Source: an uncultured delta proteobacterium
Lineage (GTDB): Bacteria; Myxococcota; B64-G9
Assembly (NCBI GenBank): GCA_963754925.1
Contig: CAVWHX010000009.1
Location: forward strand, 64,001-128,000
Direction: 5' to 3'
Length of the DNA: 64,000 nucleotides
Shown here: piece by piece, positions 1 to 9,551 of the stretch
How positions within the stretch are numbered: position 1 is the stretch's first letter
Layout of the letters: the number at the start of each line of letters is the position of its first letter
The notes under the pieces: model-generated
Databases searched by the model: none
What the model saw: the letters and a program-made list of their open reading frames with translations, nothing else
Told to the model about the DNA's origin: nothing
Position numbers and translations under genes: made by a program

Positions 1-294
1 GATCCGCTCCAAGTCGGTCACGATTTTTAGCGCCGTGGTGATGAAGCGCAGGTCCGAGGCGACGGGTTGCCATCGGGCGAGAATTCGCAGGCAATGTTCA
101 TCGATGGATACTTCGAGGCTGTCGATCTCGTTGTCGTAATCGATCATCCGGTGCGCGAGGTCGTTGTCCCGGTTGACGAGCGCCTTCATGCAGTTGGCCA
201 GCATTTCCTCGACTTTGGCGCCCATCAGCAGTAGCTGCTCATGTAGCGTGCGCAACTCGCTTTCGTATTCGCGGTCTGTATGCTCACAACTCAT
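1..294 (-). CDS. phoU: Phosphate signalling protein PhoU, N-terminal part (runs off the window)
   Basis: Manual translation MSCEHTDREYESELRTLHEQLLLMG...WQPVASDLRFITTALKIVTDLERI; lies directly downstream of pstB. Confidence 0.93.
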   Translation of the reverse strand, partial: MSCEHTDREYESELRTLHEQLLLMGAKVEEMLANCMKALVNRDNDLAHRMIDYDNEIDSLEVSIDEHCLRILARWQPVASDLRFITTALKIVTDLERI

Positions 295-311
295 AACGCT
301 CCTCAATCCGA

Positions 312-1160
312 TCAGCCGAAGCGACCGGTAATGTAATCTTCCGTCCGTGGGTTGCTTGGCTTGGTAAACAGGGTATTGGTTTCGTTGTATTCGACCAGCT
401 CGCCCAGGTAGAGAAACGCTGTGAAATGGGACACCCGGGCGGCTTGTTGCATATTGTGGGTCACTATAGCGATAGTATAACGCTGACCGAGCTCGTGGAT
501 CAACTCCTCGATCTTGGACGTGGCAATCGGATCAAGCGCCGAGCACGGCTCGTCCATCAGCAGCACTTCCGGCTCCATCGCCAGCGCCCGGGCGATGCAC
601 AAGCGCTGCTGCTGGCCGCCCGACAAGGTCGAACCCGAACGGTTGAGAATGTCCTTCACCTCACCCCACAAGGCGGTGCGATGGAGCGCCCGTTCGACGA
701 TCTCATCGGCATGGTTGGCGTTCATACCATTGAGACGCAGGCCGGCGAGCACGTTATCGCGGATGGACATCGTGGGAAAGGGATTGGGCCTCTGAAACAC
801 CATGCCGACCCGGCGCCGCACCAACACCGGATCGACCCCGCGTCCGTAGATATCAACGCCGTCGAGCAGCACCGTTCCGGCGGCGCGCGCGCCAGGCACC
901 ACCTCGTGCATCCGGTTCATGCAGCGAATCAAGGTCGATTTTCCGCAGCCCGAGGGGCCGATGATCGCGGTCACGCGGTTCTGAATAACGGGAATGGAAA
1001 TCCCCTTCAAGGCCTCGGTCTTTCCAAACCAGGCGCGCAGGAGCTCGGTCCGCATCTTGTGTTCGGCGATCTCGCGATCGTCGAGGATCGCGGGAACCGC
1101 TGTTTCCGGTAGTGCTAGGGCCCTCGGAAAGGCAGCTTGAGTTTCAACGGTAGCATTCAT
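312..1160 (-). CDS. pstB: Phosphate ABC transporter ATPase
   Basis: Walker [10 protein letters not shown], signature [19 protein letters not shown]-terminal YITGRFG. Confidence 0.97.
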   Translation of the reverse strand: MNATVETQAAFPRALALPETAVPAILDDREIAEHKMRTELLRAWFGKTEALKGISIPVIQNRVTAIIGPSGCGKSTLIRCMNRMHEVVPGARAAGTVLLDGVDIYGRGVDPVLVRRRVGMVFQRPNPFPTMSIRDNVLAGLRLNGMNANHADEIVERALHRTALWGEVKDILNRSGSTLSGGQQQRLCIARALAMEPEVLLMDEPCSALDPIATSKIEELIHELGQRYTIAIVTHNMQQAARVSHFTAFLYLGELVEYNETNTLFTKPSNPRTEDYITGRFG

Positions 1161-1999
1161 GGGTGACCTCCTCGCGAATACGTGATCATGCGCGCCAAGA
1201 TGTTGAGCACGAGCACCACTGCGACGAGCACGAGCGCTGCGGCCCAGGCTTGGCGATGCCAGTCCTCATAGGGAGAGACCGCATAGGTGTAAATCTGCAC
1301 GGGCAGCGATGCGATCGGCTTATCCAGGCTCACGGACCAAAACCGGTTATTGAGCGCGGTGAACAAGAGCGGAGCGGTCTCGCCCGCCGCTCGGGCAACC
1401 GCCAGCATGATGCCGGTGGCGATGCCGGGCGCCCCGGTGCGTAAGACAACCCTGATAATGACCCGCCACTTGGGAATACCCAGCGCCAGGCCCGCTTCCC
1501 TGAGCGAGTCGGGCACCAGCTTGATCAGTTCTTCGGTCGTGCGGGTTATGGTCGGCAACATGATGATGCTGAGCGCAAATCCCCCTGCGAGCGCCGAGAA
1601 ACGGCGCATGGTGAGCACAAACAACGTGTAGGCGAAGACGCCCACGGCGATAGACGGTACGCCGGACATCACGTCGGCGCAGAATCGCACCGTCGTGGCG
1701 AAGCGTTTTTTCCCAAACTCGGCTAAATAGACGGCGGCGAGAACACCCAACGGCAGGCTTATTGCGGAGGCGATGCCGATCAGGATGAGCGTTCCGACCA
1801 GCGCATTGCCAAAACCGCCGCCCAACTCTCCAACCGGCTTCGGCAATTGGGTGAAGAAATCCCCATTGAGGCCGCCGATGCCCTTGGCGCCGACATAGAG
1901 CAGCAAGCTAGCGAGCGGCACAATCGCTACGAAAAGCGCCGCGACACAGGCGCCGCGCGCCGCTATATCAATAATTTTTCGACGGTAGTAAGCGTTCAT
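1157..1999 (-). CDS. pstA: Phosphate ABC transporter permease (start moved to MNAYYRR)
   Basis: Hydrophobic; LREAGLALG and [10 protein letters not shown] motifs; operon position. Confidence 0.95.
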   Translation of the reverse strand: MNAYYRRKIIDIAARGACVAALFVAIVPLASLLLYVGAKGIGGLNGDFFTQLPKPVGELGGGFGNALVGTLILIGIASAISLPLGVLAAVYLAEFGKKRFATTVRFCADVMSGVPSIAVGVFAYTLFVLTMRRFSALAGGFALSIIMLPTITRTTEELIKLVPDSLREAGLALGIPKWRVIIRVVLRTGAPGIATGIMLAVARAAGETAPLLFTALNNRFWSVSLDKPIASLPVQIYTYAVSPYEDWHRQAWAAALVLVAVVLVLNILARMITYSRGGHP

Positions 2000-2000
2000 G

Positions 2001-2972
2001 TCACAACCTTCCCGCTCCGCCGGGGAGGCGGCCAATGCGCCATACGAGAAGGCGTGCCGTTGCGTTGAGAACGACCGTGACGGCAAAGAGCAGCAGCGCT
2101 ATCTCCGAGAGCGCGGCCAGGTGGAGATTTCCGGTCGCCTCGGTGTATTCGTTCGCTATCACGCTCGCCATGGTATAGGACGGATCAAGAATGGACGCGG
2201 AAATCTCGGCCCGGTTGCCGATAACCATAGTCACGGCCATGGTCTCGCCCAGCGCCCGGCCGAGGCCCAGAATGATCGCTCCAACGATTCCCGAGCGCGC
2301 GGAGGGAAGCACCGCCGTGCGTACGGTTTCCCAGCGGGTGGCGCCAAGCGCATACGCGCCTTCGCGCAAGGTTCCGGGAATGGCCCGCATGACGTCACGG
2401 CTCACCGAGGATATAGTCGGCAGAATCATGATCGCGAGGATGAGGCCACCGGCCAACATATCGAACCCGCCGGCTCTACCCCCGAAAACAGGAACCAGCG
2501 CCGGCTCAATTTCGTCGCGCAACCACGGCGCCAGTACAAAAATGCCCCACAGTCCGTACACCACGCTCGGGATGGCGGCCAGCAGCTCCACGACGAAACT
2601 CAATGGTTTGCGCACCCAAGCCGGCGCAAGCTCGGCTAAATAGATGGCGATGCCGAGCGAAATCGGCACCGCCACCAGAAGCGCGAGCGCCGAAGAGACG
2701 ACCGTCCCATAGATAAACGGCAAGGCGCCGAATGAGTCGCGGACCGGATCCCAATCCCTGCCCGTGATAAAGCCAAGGCCGAAATGGCTCAAGCTCAGGG
2801 CAGAGGCCCGCACCATCTCCACCGCCATGCCGGCAAGCATTAACACGATGACGGCCGCGAACAGAGCGGTAACCGCGCGGAAGAGACGATCGCCCGGATT
2901 CACGTCGCTGCCAAACCACATCGGCCACAGCCCATGGCGTCTCGTCAGTGTGTTGGTAACTCTTTGGGCCAT
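2001..2972 (-). CDS. pstC: Phosphate ABC transporter permease
   Basis: ELLAAIPSVVYGLWG and GRALGETMAV motifs. Confidence 0.96.
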   Translation of the reverse strand: MAQRVTNTLTRRHGLWPMWFGSDVNPGDRLFRAVTALFAAVIVLMLAGMAVEMVRASALSLSHFGLGFITGRDWDPVRDSFGALPFIYGTVVSSALALLVAVPISLGIAIYLAELAPAWVRKPLSFVVELLAAIPSVVYGLWGIFVLAPWLRDEIEPALVPVFGGRAGGFDMLAGGLILAIMILPTISSVSRDVMRAIPGTLREGAYALGATRWETVRTAVLPSARSGIVGAIILGLGRALGETMAVTMVIGNRAEISASILDPSYTMASVIANEYTEATGNLHLAALSEIALLLFAVTVVLNATARLLVWRIGRLPGGAGRL

Positions 2973-3002
2973 GATCCTCTCGTAATTAATCTAACCGTGA
3001 AG

Positions 3003-4100
3003 TTACTTGCCGCTGAGCAGGGTTTCTCCGCCGGCGCGCAGACTGCGAAGCTTGGACTCGATCTTGGCGACCGCTTCGGAAGGAAGCGGAGCGTAATACA
3101 ACGCGGGACCGAACGCTTGGCCTTCGTGAATCGCCCACCACAAATACTGCGCCAGGGCCTTGCCTTTTACCTTGTCGGCTTGATCCTGATAGATCAGGAT
3201 ATACGTGAACGCCGCGATCGGGTAGGCGGTTTTTCCCGGAGCGTCAACGACGGAAACACGCAGGTCGTCGGGCATGGCGTTGGCCTCGCTCGCCGCCGCT
3301 GACGTAATTCCCTCAAGGGAGGGTTCTACGAAGGCGCCCGCACGGTTCTTGATGGACGCGAACGTGAGGCCAGTCTGTTTCGCGTAGGCAAGCTCAACGT
3401 AGCCGATGGTGCCGGGGCTCGATTTCACCTGCCCGGCCACCCCTTCGTTACCCTTGGCGCCAAGTCCGACCGGGAATTTCACGCTCTTGCCGGCGCCGAC
3501 CTTCGCTTTCCACGCGGGGCTGATCTTGGAAAGATATTCGGTGAAAATGGCCGTGGTGCCGCTTCCGTCCGAACGGTAGACAATCGTAATCGGCTTATCG
3601 GGAAGCTTTACGCCCGCATTCAGTGATGCAAGCCGTGGGTCGTTCCATTTGTTAATCTCCCCGAGGAAAATACCGGCGGCGACTTCGGGCGATATCTTGA
3701 GACTGCTGACACCCGATACATTATACGTTATGACGACGGCGCCCAATGTCATCGGAATATGCAGTAATGTACCGGGCGCTTTGGCGAGTTCCTCATCGCT
3801 CATGACGGCGTCGCTTGCGCCGAAATCCACCGTGCCCTCGACGATCTGTCGAATGCCCCCGCCCGATCCGATGGACTGATAGTTGATGTGAACGCGCGGA
3901 TCGACCTTTTGGAACTCGGCTATCCACTTGGAGTAGAGGGGATAGGGAAACGTCGCTCCCGCGCCTTGAAGATCGATGGTGTCGCCACCGGCCTGCGCAA
4001 CCAGGTAGTGATCACTATTTTTTCCAAAAGAATCAAACGACTTTTCGGATCCAATCGCAACCGCCGCAATTGAAAGCACCACAAAAAATACGGACCTCAT
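3003..4100 (-). CDS. pstS: Phosphate-binding protein
   Basis: Signal peptide; GAGATFPYP, GSGGG, RSDGSGTT. Confidence 0.97.
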   Translation of the reverse strand: MRSVFFVVLSIAAVAIGSEKSFDSFGKNSDHYLVAQAGGDTIDLQGAGATFPYPLYSKWIAEFQKVDPRVHINYQSIGSGGGIRQIVEGTVDFGASDAVMSDEELAKAPGTLLHIPMTLGAVVITYNVSGVSSLKISPEVAAGIFLGEINKWNDPRLASLNAGVKLPDKPITIVYRSDGSGTTAIFTEYLSKISPAWKAKVGAGKSVKFPVGLGAKGNEGVAGQVKSSPGTIGYVELAYAKQTGLTFASIKNRAGAFVEPSLEGITSAAASEANAMPDDLRVSVVDAPGKTAYPIAAFTYILIYQDQADKVKGKALAQYLWWAIHEGQAFGPALYYAPLPSEAVAKIESKLRSLRAGGETLLSGK

Positions 4101-4143
4101 TGCTCGCTCCTTTCGCGCCTTTAGTGAAGCATGTATCGGCTCT

Positions 4144-4183
4144 GTGACATTTTAGTGACAGCCTTGTAAAATCCTTGTGAACG
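4144..4183 (-). promoter_or_regulatory. Pho-box array upstream of pstS
   Basis: Four heptamers at 11-bp period (4144, 4155, 4166, 4177); minus strand contains CTGTCAC-TAAA-ATGTCAC. Confidence 0.88.
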
Positions 4184-4281
4184 AGAATGCATAGTGAAAC
4201 TCATACTTGGGATAACCGTATCGATAACTGCCTATTCCCAAACGGTAAACAACAATATATGACTTGGAATATCACTTCGCT

Positions 4282-4677
4282 CTAGCAACTATACCACTCG
4301 ATACCCGCATCAACGCAGCCACCGCCGATACCGCTTTCGACTACATATATTACGTTATAAACGACAGGTTCGAAAAAAGAATACTCCCCCATCGCCTCAA
4401 AGGCGGAATCGATAGTGCGCGCATCGATATAAGCGTCCTGAAAGAAAGCCTCCTTGAGAACAACAACCTTCTTTGTTTGACGTGAGGAGACTGCCGTCCG
4501 CACGGCGTCACGCTGCGCCTCCGCGGTCGTCGCCGATGCCGGTTCAGTGTCGGCCGGTATTTGAGCTGCGGGTTTATTGCGGGCGGTTAGCTTGACCCCG
4601 ACAGCGCCCTCCTTGTTTTTTTCCTCCGCACCAAAAATAGTGCGCATTAAAGCAATTGGATTAACCCGTGTTGCCAT
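4282..4677 (-). CDS. Hypothetical protein
   Basis: Strong RBS AAAGGAGG before MATRVNP; no recognisable motif. Confidence 0.5.
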   Translation of the reverse strand: MATRVNPIALMRTIFGAEEKNKEGAVGVKLTARNKPAAQIPADTEPASATTAEAQRDAVRTAVSSRQTKKVVVLKEAFFQDAYIDARTIDSAFEAMGEYSFFEPVVYNVIYVVESGIGGGCVDAGIEWYSC

Positions 4678-4799
4678 CAGTGGCCTCCTTTCGGTCCAAT
4701 GCCAGACAAAAGGATACTGACAGCTCGTTACAATGGTATGACGGGTGTGTAAACTCCTGATGATATTTGCACAAATCCTTCCCACAGCATGCCCTGAAG

Positions 4800-4839
4800 A
4801 ATTTACAGACATACCACCTGCCCGTCACGTCAACTTCAT
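4800..4839 (+). promoter_or_regulatory. Degenerate Pho-box array upstream of the 4912 phosphoesterase
   Basis: AATTTAC, ATACCAC, CCGTCAC, ACTTCAT at 4800, 4811, 4822, 4833. Confidence 0.55.
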
Positions 4840-4911
4840 ATAGCGCCGGTAGAGGTTTAAGAGCAGCCGGGCGCGAAGGCGCACAGCTACCTCAAAAAAG
4901 GAGGATTCGTC

Positions 4912-6039
4912 GTGAACGGGAGATCAAATAAAAAAGGACTGGCATCGGTTCTTGTGATTGTCGCGGTCATTTGTTGGTGCAACGTTTTTTCCTTTGCCGA
5001 GTCTCACAAAGAAAGGCTAACATTCAATCCGGATAGGACGTTTAAAATCGTTCAGTTTACCGATACCCAAGATACGCAAGACACCGATCCAAGAACAATA
5101 GCCTTGATCGACGCGGTCCTCGAGGACCAGAAGCCGGATCTGGTGGTTTTCACCGGTGATAACATCAGAGGGGGCGACGACGGCCCCAAGACTCCGTTCG
5201 ACGTGGTAAAGGCGATCAACAATATCGTCTCGCCTGTTGACGATAGGAACATCCCCTGGCTCATCACCTTCGGAAACCATGACGAGGAGAGCAGCGTTTA
5301 CACGGGGCTAAACGCGGACGACCAACTAAAAATCTATATGTCCTATCCGCGCAACCTCAACAAGCCAAGTCCTCAAGGGGTTAGCGGCACGGGTAACATG
5401 AATGTTCTCGTCTATAGCTCGCGGGGACAGAGCCCCGCGCCGGTGTTTAACCTCTGGGCGCTCGATTCAGGAAGATACGCCCCTGAGGAAATCGCAGGAC
5501 AGAAGCTCAATGAGGAGTTCCTCCTCGGTTGGACCGAGATGCCCGATTGGGACGGGATCAAACCGAGTCAGATTTCCTGGTATACCCTGACGTCCGAGTT
5601 TCTTGAAAAAACCTTTGGGAAGAAAATCCCGTCCTTGATGTTCTTCCATATCCCGTTACAGGAGTTCCGGACGATGTTCGAAAACGACGAGTTCAAGCGT
5701 CAGCACCCCGTGCTCAATCGTGCTCCCCAGCACGAGGTGGTTGGCGAGAGGAACGAAGACGAATCTCCCGGTCCTTTCAACAGCGGTTTGTTCTCAGCGC
5801 TGCTTGATCGAGGCGACGTCAAGGGGGTCTTCGTCGGCCACGATCACATCAATGATTATGTCGGGAACTATTTTGGTATTTACCTCGGGTATTCCGCCAA
5901 CACCGGATTCGGTACCTATGGGTTGGGCGGCGCCGATAACCATCGATTAAGAGGCGCGCGCGTCTTTGTACTGAATGAGGATGATCCCGAACACTTTGAA
6001 ACGCATATGGTTTTTGCGAGAGATTACGGAATTCAGTAA
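4912..6039 (+). CDS. Secreted calcineurin-like metallophosphoesterase (Dcr2-like)
   Basis: Signal peptide; FTD, TGD, FGNHD, FFHIP, GHDH motifs. Confidence 0.9.
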   Translation: MNGRSNKKGLASVLVIVAVICWCNVFSFAESHKERLTFNPDRTFKIVQFTDTQDTQDTDPRTIALIDAVLEDQKPDLVVFTGDNIRGGDDGPKTPFDVVKAINNIVSPVDDRNIPWLITFGNHDEESSVYTGLNADDQLKIYMSYPRNLNKPSPQGVSGTGNMNVLVYSSRGQSPAPVFNLWALDSGRYAPEEIAGQKLNEEFLLGWTEMPDWDGIKPSQISWYTLTSEFLEKTFGKKIPSLMFFHIPLQEFRTMFENDEFKRQHPVLNRAPQHEVVGERNEDESPGPFNSGLFSALLDRGDVKGVFVGHDHINDYVGNYFGIYLGYSANTGFGTYGLGGADNHRLRGARVFVLNEDDPEHFETHMVFARDYGIQ

Positions 6040-6143
6040 GCGTCGTATAATTAACATTGGACGCCTCCCCCATTCGCTTTTCTCTCATTATCCTTAAGTC
6101 ATCTCTAAGGGTCGGGCGCCGTCTTTATCCTCTCCCACGCCTT

Positions 6144-7682
6144 TCATGGTGAAAGGGACAGCTCTGAGTGAGATACGAAGGAGGATACTCGACCACCGGT
6201 GTGACTCTTCGTCGGAAAGTAAATACTATACCTCTCTCCACTGTACTCTTTGGAGAAGACTTCCTGGTTCCGATTCACTCGCTCGATAAAGGCTTGTCGT
6301 GTTGTTTCGCAGGCGCCGTCTCCGGGCAAGCAAGGAAATGATGATGGGCTAAAGATTATCGCTGAGACCGCATCTTTCTTGCTCCAATCATCGTAGATTT
6401 CAGACGCTTCTTCCAAAGAGGAGTAGAACGGTATGAAGAGAGAATCGACGTAGGCTGCAGGAATTGGATCAGAGGTGAGTATGGCGCCTGGTACCGGATG
6501 CGATGCAAAATATCGGTAATATTCGGCTACCATTGGTCGTTCGTTGCTTGACATCATCTCATAGTATTTCCCGTCTTCTCTGACGGATAGAGTTCCCGAA
6601 TAGAGAAAAAACAAAACTATGACGGCCGCGGCTGCGGTGCTGAGTATTATGTTCATTTCTCGTTTTTTTCGCAGCCACTCTAAAAGCCACATGACTCCCC
6701 ATGCTGCACTGATCGCGAAGTACGGGAGCATCACAATGAGGAACCGTGTCTGCTTGTTGATTATCCAAGTAAAGTATCCCAGGTATACCGCCAAAAAGAG
6801 GACGATAGTGCGCCTATGAGTGTTACGAGCGGTTGTTGAAAATACTATCAGCGCGGCGCCAAGGATGACAAACCCCAACATCCAATTGTCATTAATCGCG
6901 GCAGCGGGGTAAAAAGTCAGATTTTGCCAGAAACCGGGGACGCTATCGAATGGGTTTGATTGATGCCAGCTGCCAAGTATTATAGGTCTGAAAAATGCGT
7001 CGATGATGCTGCTTGAATCTGGGTGATACATGAAGTAATTGAAAATGAAAAATGGGGCCACCGTGATGAAGAATGAAGAGGTTATCGTTAAGGCCTTCTT
7101 GAAAAGGTCTTTTGTGTCCTTGTCATAGGCCCATGAGAAAACCAGAGACATGATAATCGCGCCGAATGCGAGTCCTTGAGGAAATCTTGTCAGGAATGAA
7201 ACGCCGCAGAACACTCCAGTTAATGCGTATTTTTTCTTGATGAAAAAGAATAGCGCGCAGAGTACGAAGAATGTCGAAGGGATATCCGACAGCGCGGATC
7301 CGGTATATGAGAAATATGTTGGTGATATCGCCATGGTTAATGCGGCCAAAAGCGCAACTCTTCCATCAAATATTTCCTCTGCGATGAGGTAGGTAATAAC
7401 GATCGCCCCTGCAGAGAATAGGATCTCGACTATTTCCGCAACATACACCTGGGGAAGACCAACTTTCCATATCGTTCCCAATATGAGCGGAAGCACCAGG
7501 GGCCTGATCTCTTCAAATAACCCGATATGGCCAAAAGACATAAGATATTTGCCCATGGCCAGATAGACTGCCTCATCCCATATTATTTCGTGAGGTTTGA
7601 GTAAGAAAAATATCCTTACCACAATAAACAAGGCTATGAGGTACCCTATCCAAATATATTTTTTGAAAAGACTTTCTTTCAT
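6144..7682 (-). CDS. Integral membrane glycosyltransferase (GT-C, ArnT/PMT-like)
   Basis: WDEAVY in the first loop, many TM segments, KQTRFL late loop. Confidence 0.8.
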   Translation of the reverse strand: MKESLFKKYIWIGYLIALFIVVRIFFLLKPHEIIWDEAVYLAMGKYLMSFGHIGLFEEIRPLVLPLILGTIWKVGLPQVYVAEIVEILFSAGAIVITYLIAEEIFDGRVALLAALTMAISPTYFSYTGSALSDIPSTFFVLCALFFFIKKKYALTGVFCGVSFLTRFPQGLAFGAIIMSLVFSWAYDKDTKDLFKKALTITSSFFITVAPFFIFNYFMYHPDSSSIIDAFFRPIILGSWHQSNPFDSVPGFWQNLTFYPAAAINDNWMLGFVILGAALIVFSTTARNTHRRTIVLFLAVYLGYFTWIINKQTRFLIVMLPYFAISAAWGVMWLLEWLRKKREMNIILSTAAAAVIVLFFLYSGTLSVREDGKYYEMMSSNERPMVAEYYRYFASHPVPGAILTSDPIPAAYVDSLFIPFYSSLEEASEIYDDWSKKDAVSAIIFSPSSFPCLPGDGACETTRQAFIERVNRNQEVFSKEYSGERYSIYFPTKSHTGGRVSSFVSHSELSLSP

Positions 7683-9451
7683 TGGCAGACACCGGGAGCC
7701 ACGGCGAAGTCGCCGGTGAAGTTAAGCACCGCCCAGAACGTGTGCGTGGTTAGATCAACACCGTAGGTGCCCAGGCCATAGCCGCTGGTATAGGGTCCCA
7801 CGACAAACATCTTGGTGCCGCCCGTATTGCCGCTCACCACGTTGACCCACTTCTTGTCTCCTGGGGTCGCGATTCCCAAGCAGCCTGTCTTAGCCATTTT
7901 ATTGCTGACTTTATCGTCATCGTAACTCATGGAGAGGACAAAGATATCGGTTGTAGCTTTGCCCTGCTCCGTCATGCCCCAAAGGGTGAGAATGTCGCTA
8001 TAAAGATCGCCGAATCGGTCCGTCCAGCCCGTATTGACGGCCTTGCTGACGGTCCGGCCGCTGCCGTCCCTTTGAGTGCTGCTGTTGGTCCCGTCGAGGA
8101 TGGCGGCGGTGGTGGTGTCGTATATATCGGATACGACCGAGTACGAGGCGCCCTGGGCGACGATGAATTCCTGGCCGTTGAGGCTATAGCCGAAGGAATC
8201 GCGTTTGGTGAACGTGAGTGTCGGTGTGGCGCTGATGGTCACGTTTTTTCCGGGAGCGGCAGGCGTGCCCATGAGATCCGAGGCGTAATAGTCCACGGTA
8301 ACCGCAGGTCCTTTGACCGTGAAGATGTAGTAACCGATCCGGTAGAGATCTTGACCCAGCGGCGTTTCCCGAGCCACGCCAAACGACGGCACGTCGTATT
8401 TTTCGTCATGGGAAGGCGTTGCCGGGGTATAAAACTTGTAGCTGCAGGAGGCGACGATCAGGTCCGTGATCCTGACCGTTCCCTTGGTGTCGGACACGAG
8501 GGCACGGTTGTGCATGTGGTCATGGCCTCCAATAAAATAGCGCACGCTGTTGCCGAAGAGGGAGTCGATGAAGACGTCCGTTGCCGCCGGGTTCTGGGAA
8601 GGATTCGAGGTGGGATCCAGGTTAACGTTATTGCTCAGGAGAGTATCCACGTGGTTCTCGGTGATGATCCCCTTGTGACTGAAGACAAAGGCATGCGTTC
8701 CGGCGTCTCGCCCGGTTAAGGCGCTGGTGATCCACTCTTGCTGAGGAGCAATAGCGCCGAGTCCGTCCGCGGCGGCATCGGCGGGCGTGAACTGATCAAG
8801 GATCACGAAACGGGCGTTACGATAGTCGAAGGAATAGCTCAAACCCGTCAAATCACCGATCCCCTGGACGTTCCCGGGGGTGCTGAAGTTTGTTCCCGTG
8901 GTGAAGACGGAGCCTCTCTTGGGCGGGAGCTGAATGTTGTCCGTGGTGGTGATGAATGCGTCCCGCGGTGTGGCATTGTGGTGTCCCTTTTGAGTTTGGG
9001 GATAGATGCGCTGGAATTCGCGGGCCGCGGCGGAGTCGGCCACGTAGCCGCTGTCTTCGCCTTCGTGGTTGCCGCGCATAGGGAAGAAGCCGATCCGTGC
9101 GTTGTAGAGAGCCTGGGCATAGGTGGCGCGAGTGTCCATGGCCAACACGGTGCCGTTGTCCGTGAGATCACCTACCTGGATCACGAATTTGACGCGCCTG
9201 TTGATGAATTCCCTATTCACCTGGTCAATAATGCCGACGGCAACGGTATTGGGATTCTTGCCGTCGTCCGTGGGCCATTGCGTATCGCCCATGACGCCGA
9301 ATGCCCAGGTATGCAAGAAGTCTGTCGATGGCACCCGCGAGGAAACCCGGGCATCGAAATCTTCAGTGATGTCCTGCAACTGGTCACAGCCGACAACGAG
9401 GATCGCTGCCGAAAGAGCAATGGCTATGACGGTTTTTCGAATTGACAACAT
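7679..9451 (-). CDS. Metallophosphoesterase lipoprotein (start moved to MLSIRK)
   Basis: Lipobox-like LVVGC; MGDTQ, VGDL, RGNHE, GHDH; GAGGAGG upstream. Confidence 0.88.
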   Translation of the reverse strand: MLSIRKTVIAIALSAAILVVGCDQLQDITEDFDARVSSRVPSTDFLHTWAFGVMGDTQWPTDDGKNPNTVAVGIIDQVNREFINRRVKFVIQVGDLTDNGTVLAMDTRATYAQALYNARIGFFPMRGNHEGEDSGYVADSAAAREFQRIYPQTQKGHHNATPRDAFITTTDNIQLPPKRGSVFTTGTNFSTPGNVQGIGDLTGLSYSFDYRNARFVILDQFTPADAAADGLGAIAPQQEWITSALTGRDAGTHAFVFSHKGIITENHVDTLLSNNVNLDPTSNPSQNPAATDVFIDSLFGNSVRYFIGGHDHMHNRALVSDTKGTVRITDLIVASCSYKFYTPATPSHDEKYDVPSFGVARETPLGQDLYRIGYYIFTVKGPAVTVDYYASDLMGTPAAPGKNVTISATPTLTFTKRDSFGYSLNGQEFIVAQGASYSVVSDIYDTTTAAILDGTNSSTQRDGSGRTVSKAVNTGWTDRFGDLYSDILTLWGMTEQGKATTDIFVLSMSYDDDKVSNKMAKTGCLGIATPGDKKWVNVVSGNTGGTKMFVVGPYTSGYGLGTYGVDLTTHTFWAVLNFTGDFAVAPGVCQ

Positions 9452-9508
9452 TGGGTTGATGGTTTCCTCCTCTCGATCAGTTTTCGAAGGGAAGGATACT
9501 GAGGATTC

Positions 9509-9537
9509 GTTACAGCGTTGTGACAACTGCGTAAATT
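9509..9537 (-). promoter_or_regulatory. Pho-box array upstream of the phosphoesterase lipoprotein
   Basis: Minus strand AATTTAC-GCAG-TTGTCAC-AACG-CTGTAAC, 11-bp period. Confidence 0.8.
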
Positions 9538-9551
9538 CTTGATGGTTTCTT

